From the NCBI RefSeq assembly GCF_964204865.1, contig NC_135263.1, forward strand, positions 1,736,001 through 1,800,000: DNA of 64,000 nt, given 5' to 3'. Positions 52,663-64,000 of the stretch are shown piece by piece. How positions within the stretch are numbered: position 1 is the first letter of the stretch; each line of letters begins with the position of its first letter. The translations under genes and the position numbers were made by a program. The notes beneath the pieces are model-generated. The model searched no databases. It was given only the letters and a program-made list of their open reading frames with translations, and was not told the DNA's origin. The stretch is from Styela clava (taxonomy: Eukaryota).

Positions 52663-55600
52663 GTAAGAACATTTACATATTTCAAACTTAACTAAATGAA
52701 AACTTTAATGGCGACGTTTCGCGATATTTATTTTAATACTATAATGTTCGTTCATTCAATACGGCTTTACGGTTACGACAATATTCGTTCAGCTATATCT
52801 CGCTCAAATTGGACTTGTTGCGTTGCTCACGGCTTCACGTTCAATGTTTTTGACCGGGTTTTCATTCCTAACACTTCAAATTTGTCTTGATTTAAAAATA
52901 TCTGATAAAAATAAATTCAAGGTTTGTTTCAATTTACAAATACTTAACAAAATATATTTTAGAGTGATATTTCCAATTACCCAAAGTTTAAACAAATCGT
53001 ATGAATAATCATTCCTACAACTGCTCTTAAAAATTATTTGCCGGAAATAACTTACTTTTCTTCCGAAATAAGGTATTATTTACCGGGTCCTATTTCGTTG
53101 GCGTGTTGAATAGCCCCCGTCACGCCGGAAACATAACACCTCTTCATGGCGTTTCTGGCCTATGTATATTAGGGGTAAAATCTTATCTAAAACTTGCCCC
53201 CGCTCTATACCGCTGATTCAGATTTTTTTTAGAAGAAAAGTAAATTTAACTTGCTTCGAAAGATAATTTATGCGTCGTTTTTTTTTTAAATTCACTCCGA
53301 ATAAGGCTCAGTACAAGAAGCGGGTATTGGCACATTTCGTTCAATGATCCATAATATTCACAAATTTTGCTAAATTCGACTGAAACAACAAAAAGTAAAA
53401 TAAAATTTCAGTTCTCAGCGACACCGAATTGGAAACTTTCTAGTCTTGCATGTAATCTCTTACTAGGAGTAAAAATATCAATCAAATTAACTTCAAATTT
53501 CTGATATTACTTTACGATTTTTTTAACGGTCTTGTTTTGACAAGACGTGGGTGATAGAGCATGTCTATAGGAACGTGTCTTAATCATACTTCAAAAGATT
53601 AGAAATTGTTTAATCACCCGCCCGTCAGATTTTTTTTAGGTTTTGAGAGTTTTAAAATTTGTAATATTCGTAGGGAAAATACATGAAAGTTGAAGTTTAC
53701 TGCTCACAGTTTTTTTTATAGTAAGTTGACTATGTTTTTCAAATCAGATATATAAATCTCGTTAATGAGAATATAGAGGGTGTCCAAAAAATATCATCCG
53801 ATTTTATAGTAACAACAATTTAAAATTTCTTTGTATTTGTTTATTAATAGTTTTTATATCAATTATCTTATATTAATGGTTCTCCTTTATCATACAATGA
53901 AATTTATTTAAACCTATAATTGCTGTTGTTATTACTATAACATCGGGCGAAATTTCTTGGGCACCCTGTATTATATATATAGTTAAAAGTGACTTGCCTT
54001 TACTTTCTATTCATTAAGTTTGTCTGTATATACATTCGAAATGCTGGCTAATCTATAAATACCCAGTCTTTAGAAGTATTTTTCGGTTAGAATAATTTGA
54101 TTTCATTTTTTTTATGTTTTCAATTTATTGAACAAAACCATTAAACACGGCGCCAACGACTTGATTTGCAATTTAATTTGGTTTCCTTCAAGCGATTCGG
54201 TGGCGTCCGCGTTCTGTAATAAACTTTTATGATTAACGGTAAACGAAACGATATTCCCGCCCATAAAATTTGATTGTTATATTACCACGCGCAAACGAAT
54301 ATGGGTTAAGCACATTGTTCCATCATAAAACATGCGTGATCGCTTTATTACGTCAAAATCGGATTACTTAACCCATATTTGTTAATATAATTTGGAATAA
54401 GTTGCCATAATTAAATAAACAAGGAAAGGGCAAACGGAGGCCAATAACAAGAGCATAACACTAATAACCTTTAGCTAATTATAAAAATCAAATTTTTACT
54501 ACCAAATATTTTTACCTGCCCCCCCCCCCCCCCCCTCTCCCATTTTTTCGACTTAAGTATCCTATATTCTGCTTTGCCCACACAGCTTTGTATTAAGTAG
54601 GACGGCATATACAGGTGTTTAATATATTATATATACATTCTTTGATGTTGCGTATAAAGCTGTGTAAATAGATATACCCGCGTATGAATATATTATAAAG
54701 TAGGGCAGGCTGACAGTTTGATTTCACTTTTTGTGAGAAGCTGTATTTGCGTATAGGAACGTAATAGTAAATAGTATTGGAATGTATAGTATTGGTATAC
54801 AACGTACTTTACTTCTATCTAAGGAAGTATGCGAAACCTTTCTTTGAGCAAATTTGAAAAAAAAAGAGTTTGTATGTGCATTTTGTATTAATTAAATTAT
54901 ACGATTTTTTTACATAAAAATAGACACAATATGTAAACCAAATCGGGTCCTCGGGTGGCTCGGGCCTCACACGTGGTTTTACATCATTATTCAAACTTGT
55001 CCGTATATAGTGATGTGACCTTTAAGCGTGAAGAGACAATTTGACTTTGGCTTCAACCAGCGGCTTGGTTTAATAATTCCGCGTATATTCAGTGCTGTTT
55101 TGCTTGCAACAGAAGTGTTGCAACCTTGTTTTGAGCGGACTTGTATAAAAGAATATGCGTTCGCTAGCAATATTGTACATATATTTTGCTTATAATGAAT
55201 AATCTAAAATGAAGCCTTTTCGTATATATGGTTTATATTCGTAAAGTATCTGGAATTCCTTGTTATATAGTCGGCCGCGCACCACATAAACACTTATATG
55301 ATACACTTATACAAATCTCCTTTTACCACTCGGTATCTTTTGATGCAACGTATATTGGACAGATGGAAATCAGGGAAAGTTGAAAACAAAAAACTTTTTT
55401 GATATCACACACTTGAATAAATCTCTTAGATACATAGATATATGTCGATAGCTCATTTTTCTAGGAACGGATTAAAATATTGAGTCGTGAAGTGTTTTTC
55501 AGTGAATATCAAACGGCGATGTAGTTTGATGATTTTTGAGGGGATTTAGGAATATATGTCAATGGCGTAGTATCTGTTAATCTACCCAAACAAGTTTATT

Positions 55601-57856
55601 TTGCATTTTCGATCAGCGTCGAACAACTGAAAAAATCTAGATAAAATAAAATGATTATCTAGTGAAGTTATTCTTAAAATGGCTGATAATATATGTATAT
55701 TTAGAAAGTTATAATTTAAAATTATGTAATATAAGTGAATGTCTAAAAACAATTATATTTTCGGCTTTATCATGCAAAAATTGAATCAAAGTAAGTAAGG
55801 GCATTCTTTAATATTCGAAAATACAATGCAATGCGTGGGGCAACGATTTTAAAGTATGTAGAAGATATACACGCAATATACATCATTCAATTGTCGGTAT
55901 ATGCAAATATCGTGTATTTGAATTTGAATACAAAAGCGCGGGAAAGTAAATAATTATGAATTCGGAAGGATTAGTGTTCGCATCCGCCAAATCCTTTCCT
56001 ACTTGGCGGATAAGAAAAGGCGCGACTTCAGGGATTATGCAAATCGCCTTTAGCATTATAATCCCTTTATGTATATTCACCTTTTACATGAGCTCTCCCT
56101 TTAAACAATAAGCCCCTCCCTTTAAAATTCAATAATCTTGACCTAGTTGATTATGATTTAACAATAGTTAATTATGATCTAACAATGGATTCGCAAATTA
56201 GCGTCTCCGCTGGGAAATTTTGTGGCGAAAATCGGGAAACTAATTGTGGCGTAATAATTAGCGATATTGAATATGAAAGCTGTCTCGTTAGCGGAAGCGC
56301 CGCGGGAAGTTGTTATTACATTGATAATTCTTTCAAGAAGTGTTTAAATAACTTAACAATGATGACATTAGCTTAGGAGTCTTTATCCATCATCCCTACC
56401 TTTTTTTATTTATGTGGTTATGTGGGGCTGGCAGAGTAGGGATGCTTAAGCCATTATCTCGACTTGAGTTTAACTCGCCAACTTTGAAGCTTATTTTAAT
56501 CCACTGAAGGTTAAATTACAAACGAAATTTCCTTACTGCGTCGTAAAAAACGAAAAATGAGAAATATTTTTACGTAATTTAAGTGACTTTTGCGCAACAA
56601 ATATAAAACTATACACAGAGTTTAATAATATGTAACAGCAAACAGTGAACTCAAAGGTTACGCGCCACAAACGCTCAACGCAAACTTTGCTATCTTGTTC
56701 TGTTTGTATTTAAGCTTTAACACGATAATCATGCACCCGTCGCGTGACCCGCACCTTCATATTCGTTGATATAAATTGACCCCAAAAATGTTATTTTGGG
56801 GCTTTAGTGGCAAGGCTTTAAATATAAATACCATAATTTAGTAACATACACTTTTAAATCCAAATCGCAAATTAAAAAAAATCGTAGAATAACGAGTGCA
56901 AGCGAACTGAAGTTGTTACTTTATTTATAACTTTAAAATTTGGAATTTTTCGAAGTATTGACCGACGCCGAAAATATACCGGATCTGTACATTTAAATAC
57001 CTTCAAATAGAGGATTTGGCCATGCCATGCATGGTTCGGGTCTAAAACATTGTATTTTGATTATGTTTTAAGTCAATACCATACATGGCCGATTATGGCT
57101 ATTCGCTCTGAAGGCGCTAACAATTAACAGAGCTCATTAGCCTTAAGCAAGCCGAGTTATCTATGCAATGTTTATCTTAAGCCCACAGAAATGTCTAAAA
57201 TATGATTAATGAGAGAAATATAGTGCACTTATGTAATTAAATACTGATATGTGGGTCGATAAATCATATTTTGATTGTTTCGGCGGAGTCCGCCCTTTCA
57301 TCTTTGAAAACTGGCATTGTTTCGATGACATACGCGATGAAACAAATGCAAAATCATGTTCAATACAAGTTTTGAACCAAAATATCAATCCCATAGAAAC
57401 GAAGGCTAATTGGTTACTTCTTAACCACTTTCATTTAGCATTAATTCGTTGGCGTCCGCGCTTTCATTGTTTTTGTTACGACTACGTCTGCCCATTTATC
57501 TTACGAAATATAAAATCATAGTAAATCGCCGACGTTTGCGCTTTCAATATTTTCAGTTTTGTTTGTTTCGTTCACGTCTGCCCTTAGTGTTTCGGATTTT
57601 GTTTACTTATCAACACATTATTAATTACTAGTAATTCGTTCGCGTCCGCGCTTTTGATATATTTCAATTTTATGTTTCATCTACTTCCGCCTTTAATATA
57701 GCTGTGGATATTATTTACTTTTGAACACAATGGTAAGATGTTGTTTATTTTTCTCACGAAAACGACACTCACATATTTGGATTTATTCCATCACGTTGTT
57801 AAACGACACTTCAGCTAAATTTTATCCAGCCTAAAAATTTTGTTTTTCGTTCACAG
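52663..57856 (+). other. Phase-1 GT-AG intron (5194 bp) of the PA-domain gene
   Basis: GTAAGA donor and polypyrimidine-CAG acceptor; the reading frame is preserved across the junction. Confidence 0.85.
53776..53968. mobile_element. Tc1/mariner MITE, CAGGGTGTCCAAAA subfamily, intronic (other copies at about 42014-42178 and from 26772)
   Basis: TA|GAGGGTGTCCAAAAAAT...ATTTCTTGGGCACCCTG|TA; body GATTTTATAGTAACAACAATT shared with 42014-42178. Confidence 0.75.
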
Positions 57857-58113
57857 GAACCAATATCGTGTCTCTCGCAATCAGCAAACACGACGGACGT
57901 AAAGTAGCCAGACTCGCCGACAGCGGGACAAAGGTTGTCGTTAACATTGATGTCGCGATTCCAACGTCAGACAGCACGACAACACCAGACAATTCAGTAC
58001 ATGAAAGGTTACTTTCCACAGAAGGAAATTCATCTGTGACGAACAATGGAGCTATTATTACAACATTGTTTGCTGCTATAATTGCAGTTTTATTTCAAAC
58101 AATGACGTCATAA
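57857..58113 (+). CDS. Coding exon 2 (terminal): end of PA domain, Ser/Thr linker and hydrophobic C-terminal GPI-signal-like tail
   Basis: Acceptor TGTTTTTCGTTCACAG| at 57856. The phase-1 junction gives G|GA ACC AAT ATC GTG (…MNTIG-TNIVSLAISKHDGRKVARLADSGTKVVVNIDV), in frame with ORF 57868-58113 and completing the PA fold. TAA at 58111-58113. The spliced CDS is 1065 nt, 354 aa. Confidence 0.85.
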
Positions 58114-58189
58114 AACGGATTATTACGTCAACAGACTCATTTCGAACGCTTCCGCATTGATATCGGAAACGAACGAACTAAAAAACTCG

Positions 58190-58340
58190 AATAAAAAGAG
58201 TTTCGAATCGAACTCCGAAGTAACGAATTATCTCAATTAATCCGAATCTCAACGAATACGAACTATCACACGAGTATCCGAATTTTGCATGCTACAGGAT
58301 TATATCAACATCTGCTTTTCTAACTTTCTGGAAGAATAAA
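58190..58340 (+). promoter_or_regulatory. Candidate polyadenylation signals of the PA-domain gene
   Basis: AATAAA at 58190-58195 and 58335-58340, downstream of the stop codon. The hexamer is common in AT-rich DNA. Confidence 0.35.
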
Positions 58341-59797
58341 GCAAATGCAAAAAGGTAAATATTCATTTAAATAATTTTCTCAAATATCAAACCTCGTGCC
58401 CACGTTCCACCCAGGGTGTACTAAATTAGCTACGCAATGTCAAACCGGAAAGATTCCAGTTTCCCAAAATAGTATCCGCCTTTGCATAGCTCTCGGAGTG
58501 AAATAGTCTTGTAAATAAAAAAAATTAAATGGGTGTACTGAGAGCACATCCTAATAACTTAAGTAATTCATCAGATAATTAACATCCAATGAAATATTAA
58601 GTAATTTATTCTTAAAAGGCTTAAGAAAAAAAAATTGAAGGTGAATTATCCTAGGTCCACCCAGGTCACGTATAGTTATTGCGTTAAAGCTTTTATTTAA
58701 TTAAATTCTTTTTTCTTCTCAGGAATAAAAATGCTCGAGTCCGCTATGATCACCCACAACGTTCAACTAATACTTGAAAAAGGATTTAAAGACCAATAGA
58801 CATCCCCGCCGTCTTATCAAACCCCCAATTTCGTGCAACAACTGAGCTTGTAGAAGCGTCGTATTTCGATGGATCCATCATCAATGAAGCTTCTCTCTTT
58901 TTATCGAGGAGTCGCCAACCCCACTCCCCCCCTTCAGAAAATAAAGAAGGGAAAATTGTTTTACTCAAATCACCCACGACAGAAGCCCCCGTTTCGTGCT
59001 ACAGCTGAGCTGATAGAAGCGTTTAATGAATTCGCCATTTATCTAATAATATATAAATATCAAAAATAAAGAAAAGACAATCGTTATACAATAATTTACT
59101 CTCCGGTATTCGTCGTAAAGAACGACACACAAATCCGCGCGCCTCTCGGTCCGATTTTACAACGAGCGTTGACTACATATGAAAATTGCTATAAAATATG
59201 ATGCTTTATAGTTAGTGCCTGGTATTTAGAGTTGATATTCTTCCAATTTTTTCGGGGTTCCCCCTCCCTGATTTTTTTTTTCTCAATTCACATTAATTTT
59301 GAATTTTTACTTTTTGATTGAAATAACATACTATTGATTTTTATTTTATCAAAATTTTATTATTTTCAACGTTAAACTACTATTCCAACTAGACAGACAA
59401 TATCGTCAAATTATCATCATATCATACATGGTCGTAGATTGTAATTCACATTTGAATCTACGTATGATGTCATAATAGTCTGCCGATATTTTCAAATCTA
59501 TGGATTCAGCCTAAAGACGCATCAAACTTGTATTTTTATTTTTTTTTGAATTTTTCGCCTTTTTTGTTAGTTTTACCGAATTTTTTACTTTTACGATGTT
59601 CCTCCCTCATTAATTATATTTCGCACTGTGTATTGTGACGTCATGGTGTTATTGTTATTACTATTCTTTCACGCATTATTTTGTAATAAAATATTTCACA
59701 ATTCACAATACATTTTCAATTGCCATATTGTTTGTGGGCGGGGCTAGGACAAAGATAACATAGTAGGTGGTTGGCCTTAAGAGTGTACTTGGAAAGC

Positions 59798-60011
59798 GTT
59801 GCTTCAGAAGTATTTATACCAATATAGAGTGACTAAATTTGTTCGCCGACTTAACATCAAGTTGTGTAAAGGGACTGAAACCTATGGACAGGGGGTATAT
59901 TCACTTGGCTGACACAGACAGTCACCGAACTCGTGAAAGAACTGAAAAAGAGGAAAATCGGAATAAAATTATGGCCTAACTCTAACCTGGTACACATAAT
60001 ACGGGAGTACC
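59798..60011 (+). mobile_element. Merlin-like MITE family B, full length
   Basis: Family B body ending in ACGGGAGTACC. Confidence 0.75.
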
Positions 60012-60446
60012 TGAAGAACATTTATCCTAAAATGGTTAACAGTGATTTCCCCACACCCGTATAGAGATTAAATCCCCTAAAATTTCAAACAGCCGCCTGA
60101 TTTAGAGATATGAAAACACACTGTAATTCCTACTTATGTATAATTGTATTTGAATATCCAGAGAGTGGCGAATATACCAGTGCAGATGGTCACTCAAGTT
60201 ACAAATAGTTTCATCGCTAATAACACAATTATTACCCATCCTCTAAATTAGTATTTAAAATATATATTCAATATTTTACTATTTCAATAAGTAAACGAAT
60301 CATTCGCGGAACCCCTAGGTTACTCTCACAGAGCCCTGGGGCTCCGTATGGAGCGATTTGAGACCCTATGTTCTGATGTATAGCTCCCAAATGAGCATAT
60401 ACGTGTGCCATTTGTATCATGCGGGAAGAAGGGTAGTTTAGATATA

Positions 60447-60615
60447 TAGGGTGTCCATAAAGGCCCGAAGTTTATTAAATTGCAAAGGGAATTTATCGAT
60501 ACCATATATTGTTTCGGCTTTCACAGATGTTTTAAATGAGGCTTCAACAATTACTGATTGAAAAACAACAAACCTGGTTATATTGAAATTGTAAATGGAC
60601 TTCATGGACACCCTG
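60447..60615. mobile_element. Tc1/mariner MITE, CAGGGTGTCCATAA subfamily
   Basis: TA|TAGGGTGTCCATAA...TCATGGACACCCTG|TA. Confidence 0.8.
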
Positions 60616-60647
60616 TATACGACAAATATTTAGCTTGCGATGAAGAC

Positions 60648-61015
60648 GTGTGTTCTTGGCGTATCTTGGTCTATATTTCGCACATACACTTGGCATGTAG
60701 AAAAAACTAAAAGAAACATCACTTGGTAAGATGAAAACTATTCAGACGTTTACATTTATTGAATTACGCGTTTAGCAACACCATAGCGCCCTCTATATTC
60801 AGTTTACACTCAATCCACAAAATCTATCAAAGTGTGTTCTTGGCGTATCTTGGTCTATATTTCGCACATACACTTGGCATGTAGAAAAAACTAAAAGAAA
60901 CATCACTTGGTAAGATGAAAACTATTCAGACGTTTACATTTATTGAATTACGCGTTTAGCAACACCATAGCGCCCTCTATATTCAGTTTACACTCAATCC
61001 ACAAAATCTATCAAA
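60648..61015. repeat. Tandem duplication, 2 x 184 bp, apparently identical
   Basis: 60648-60831 is repeated at 60832-61015. Confidence 0.95.
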
Positions 61016-62386
61016 GCATATTTTTGATGAGTTAGCAAAACTAAATTACAGTAAAATTAGAGCAAATTTAACTGCATTGATCTCACAGTAAATCTGGAAA
61101 ATGTAATGTCAAATCACGGAGCACAACGGTCGCAGAGTAACCTACAATTTATCTAAGCTCACGACATCTGGAAACCATCAATTACTGAGAGTCAAACAAG
61201 AAAAATTCTTTCGTGAAATTTGTGCGAAAGCGACGAAACAATAGATATCGCTTTGTTAACTTTTACGGGTACAAGTTTTTACTAACCGATCAAATTTGTT
61301 GGGGAAAGCAAAATAAAACTAGTTATAAATTATAGTATTCAAGGCATTTTGTAAAGTATACACCCTCTTTGATTTGTCATGTTCATGTCATTTGCGGCTT
61401 GTTTTCTTACCCTTTAACAGCATTTTATGCCAAATTTCACTCGGATCTTTGCACTATTCACCATTTTTTATACCATAAGAATTATTAACAACAGGAACAA
61501 ATCTTAACATACCTTAGCGCGTGATTTAAAGTGAATAGCCACCCTAAAAATCTATGGTACTGCTATACATCTCTTTTCAAAGCAGGGCACTGAAATGGGA
61601 GCATAAATTCATCCTTATTCCTAATTCGCTTTTTAGAAAGCAGTCTCTACAGTGAGCAGTCAAAGTTGTTTGAAAAACAGAACACTAAAATAAACTTTTA
61701 CTATAAATAATTAAAGTAATTTATGAAATATAAAAAAGCAAGTATCCAAAATTATCAAAGTTTTTTTCTGTTTCTAATTGAGGAATATAAACATATAAAT
61801 TGAGTGATCGATTCATTACACTCTTGGTAAGGTTTGGTAAAGAGCATCTTGTGGTTGCTGCTTTTCGAAAACTGATCTGCGACAAAACCGATATATGTAC
61901 GTGACACAGCGCTCTACCAACTTGAACGGGTACAAATTTTAAGTAAAAGCTCAAATTTGTTTGGGAGAAGCCCTCCTTACCTACAAAAACTTGTAAAAAA
62001 TATTCAGAGTTTGGCATTTCATGCACTAACTTATAAAATAACAATTCAACGACAAAATTTACTATCTGCGAAAGTAAACAAAGTTCTAGTGAAGGGGTAA
62101 TATATATTGTATATATTTTTACCTGTCTCGCTGTTTTTCATTAATTTGAAGCGTCCGTGTATTTTTCGATTTGTCTCCACATACTTTCATTTGAGACGTA
62201 CGTCGACACTACTTCTATATTTTTTTACAGTATTCTATAACAAATTTCACTCCGATCACAGAACGCAATCACCATACGTGATATATATATATACCTAAAT
62301 AGTATGAACAAGTAAAAGAAACCTTTTCTAGTACCCCCCCCCCCCCCCCCACTCTTCAAAAATAACAAATTAGTAATCATCTAGTT

Positions 62387-62962
62387 CTGGGGTTCCCAAG
62401 CTTTTTTTCAGGACGACCCCAAAGACAACTTTCAAGTGTCCAATGCGACCCCAGGTCAATATATATGTTTTGTAAGTACCGGTAAAGAATTTAGTCTATC
62501 ACAGCTATTTCTACACTAATTTTTGTTTACTGTAAGTAAATCAAAACTCCTAAGAAGACAAGAGTGTTCATTGAATTATCTGATTTATATTTAAATTTCC
62601 GAAACACTACTGAAAACTAACGAATAGAGTTTAAAAACGCGAAAACAAGGTAATGTTTACGACCACGCCTGAAAATCTGTCTGAGCGGATGCGAAAAGGC
62701 AGCATTGTTACGTCACTTTTTGCATCTTAGTGATTGGCCAATGTCATGAAGTATCCAAGGAAGGTCCATAGAGCGATGTCCATGAGCCTGTTTTACATAA
62801 GCTATGGTACAAACAGCTAAATATAACATGGTTTGTTAAATCTTAGATGTTTTGTGCATCCATCCTCTACCAACCTTAGCAACCCCATGACCTGTTTGCG
62901 ACCCTATCTACTTATCACTCCGACCCAATTTGGGATCGCGACCCCTGGTTTGGGAACCCCTA
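62387..62962. mobile_element. hAT MITE
   Basis: CTGGGGTTCCCAAGC...GTTTGGGAACCCCTA with CGACCC subterminal motifs; perfect 8-bp TSD ATCTAGTT. Confidence 0.85.
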
Positions 62963-63248
62963 ATCTAGTTGGTCTTAAGGCTGGAAATGATTTGAATTTG
63001 ATTCCAGCGCTATCTGCATTCCTAACCAAAACTGGACAAAGTGAGTGTCATACATTAGTGGATTAGTGTGTGGGGGATAACTGGAAACGGCCTGAAAAAA
63101 GTGTAAACATAAACTTTATTTTCAGTAAGCATCACAAGCCCTCATAACACAGATCTCATTCCGCGATAGAGCTTTTTCATTTAATCAAATAGGACAGATT
63201 ATTTTGACCGGTAGTACAGGCTCTTCTTGCGAGAAAAAACTTTATATA

Positions 63249-63323
63249 CAGGATGTCCTGAAATAAATGAAACCCATTACTTTGATTACCAATTTTGGGG
63301 TTCATATGTTTTGGGACACCCTG
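63249..63323. mobile_element. 75-bp Tc1/mariner mini-MITE
   Basis: TA|CAGGATGTCCTGAAA...TTTGGGACACCCTG|TA. Confidence 0.7.
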
Positions 63324-64000
63324 TATATAGCCAATGAGACCATCCAAATAACCAATTTCCGATGGCATATTTTAGAGTTGTAAAGTTTGCTTATAGTTTA
63401 GCTATGCTCAAGGTATGCTTTACTCGACTATAAGTGCGACTAAGCTCCGAATAACACAACGATGAAACGCAGCCAATTTCATGCTTTGAAACGAATATTT
63501 GATTAACTATACCCAAAATCGACATGGACTTGTAACCGGACAAGAGGTTATAGTTTACCATATTATCGAAATGTCTTATCGGCTTTCCCCTCCCACGATA
63601 AATATGAAAACCCCAACCTAAGTAGAGATCCGACGACGCCAAAACAAGTAAATAATGCCATCCGATACGTACAATCTGCAGAAGTAGATGACAGCTAATC
63701 AGCTGAGTTTTGTAATCATTACCAAATAAAACAACAATAAACAATCTTTGGTGTGTCGACAACCTTTCCAATTTGTGCAAAATTCCAATTCCAAGCGAAT
63801 ACACCAGGGGTTTAGGCAGGTATATTTTTAATTGCCGAGTTAGACCGTAACAGACAGCGGTTTCAATTCTCAGCAGCCTTGAGGATCTAAAAAGCGTTTC
63901 CGGCTACAAAAAATTGCTATACATAGTGGGGAAAAATGGCTTTACTCTTCAAAGGGGGTAGGCGAGGGATGCCCGTAGAGGGGAACTGCATAAAATATAG

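Noticed and set aside
52663-52691. C-terminus KNIYIFQT of the 278-aa ORF as the true protein end
   Set aside because: It lies after a consensus GTAAGA donor and leaves the PA domain incomplete; exon 2 continues the domain in frame.
51855-58113. Assigning the symbol RNF130, RNF149, RNF150 or PRADC1
   Set aside because: The PA domain is Goliath-like but TM + RING are absent, and orthology cannot be set without a phylogeny.
63391-63804. 137-aa minus-strand ORF
   Set aside because: No recognisable domain or true ATG start, and no supporting splice structure; it begins beside a repeat fragment.
63828-63900. Possible minus-strand terminal exon (TTTTTAG|ILKAAEN-stop)
   Set aside because: The surrounding sequence (CTGTTACGGTCTAACTCGGCAA) also occurs at about 28371-28392, so it is a dispersed repeat.

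Overview
AT-rich eukaryotic (metazoan) genomic DNA; no prokaryotic operon or CRISPR structure is visible. An invertebrate such as a tunicate fits the repeat landscape, but that is inference only. One protein-coding gene is well supported. It is a + strand gene with two coding exons (51855-52662 and 57857-58113) and a 5194-bp phase-1 GT-AG intron, encoding a 354-aa protein. The protein has a signal peptide, a polybasic/dibasic pro-region and a Goliath/GRAIL (RNF130/149/150/128)-type PA domain. It ends in a GPI-signal-like tail instead of the usual TM + RING-H2 ligase module. There is one intact tRNA-Thr(AGT) on the - strand (31609-31682). The rest is densely filled with short non-autonomous DNA-transposon derivatives, many with readable target-site duplications (TSDs). 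These include GG...CC-ended MITEs with 8-bp TSDs (Merlin-like, three related families sharing a TTAGGG-type motif), hAT MITEs (one with a BED-finger remnant), Tc1/mariner and pogo-like MITEs, a TTAA MITE, Helentron/HINE-like elements and a SINE fragment, plus local tandem duplications. The most interesting observations are the RING-less, probably GPI-anchored Goliath-type PA protein, a perfect 45-bp hairpin whose loop holds a Penelope-type hammerhead ribozyme core, the modular Merlin-like MITE system carrying YY1 and telomere-like motifs, and a small GC-rich stem-bulge RNA candidate. Nearly all other ORFs in the track look spurious.
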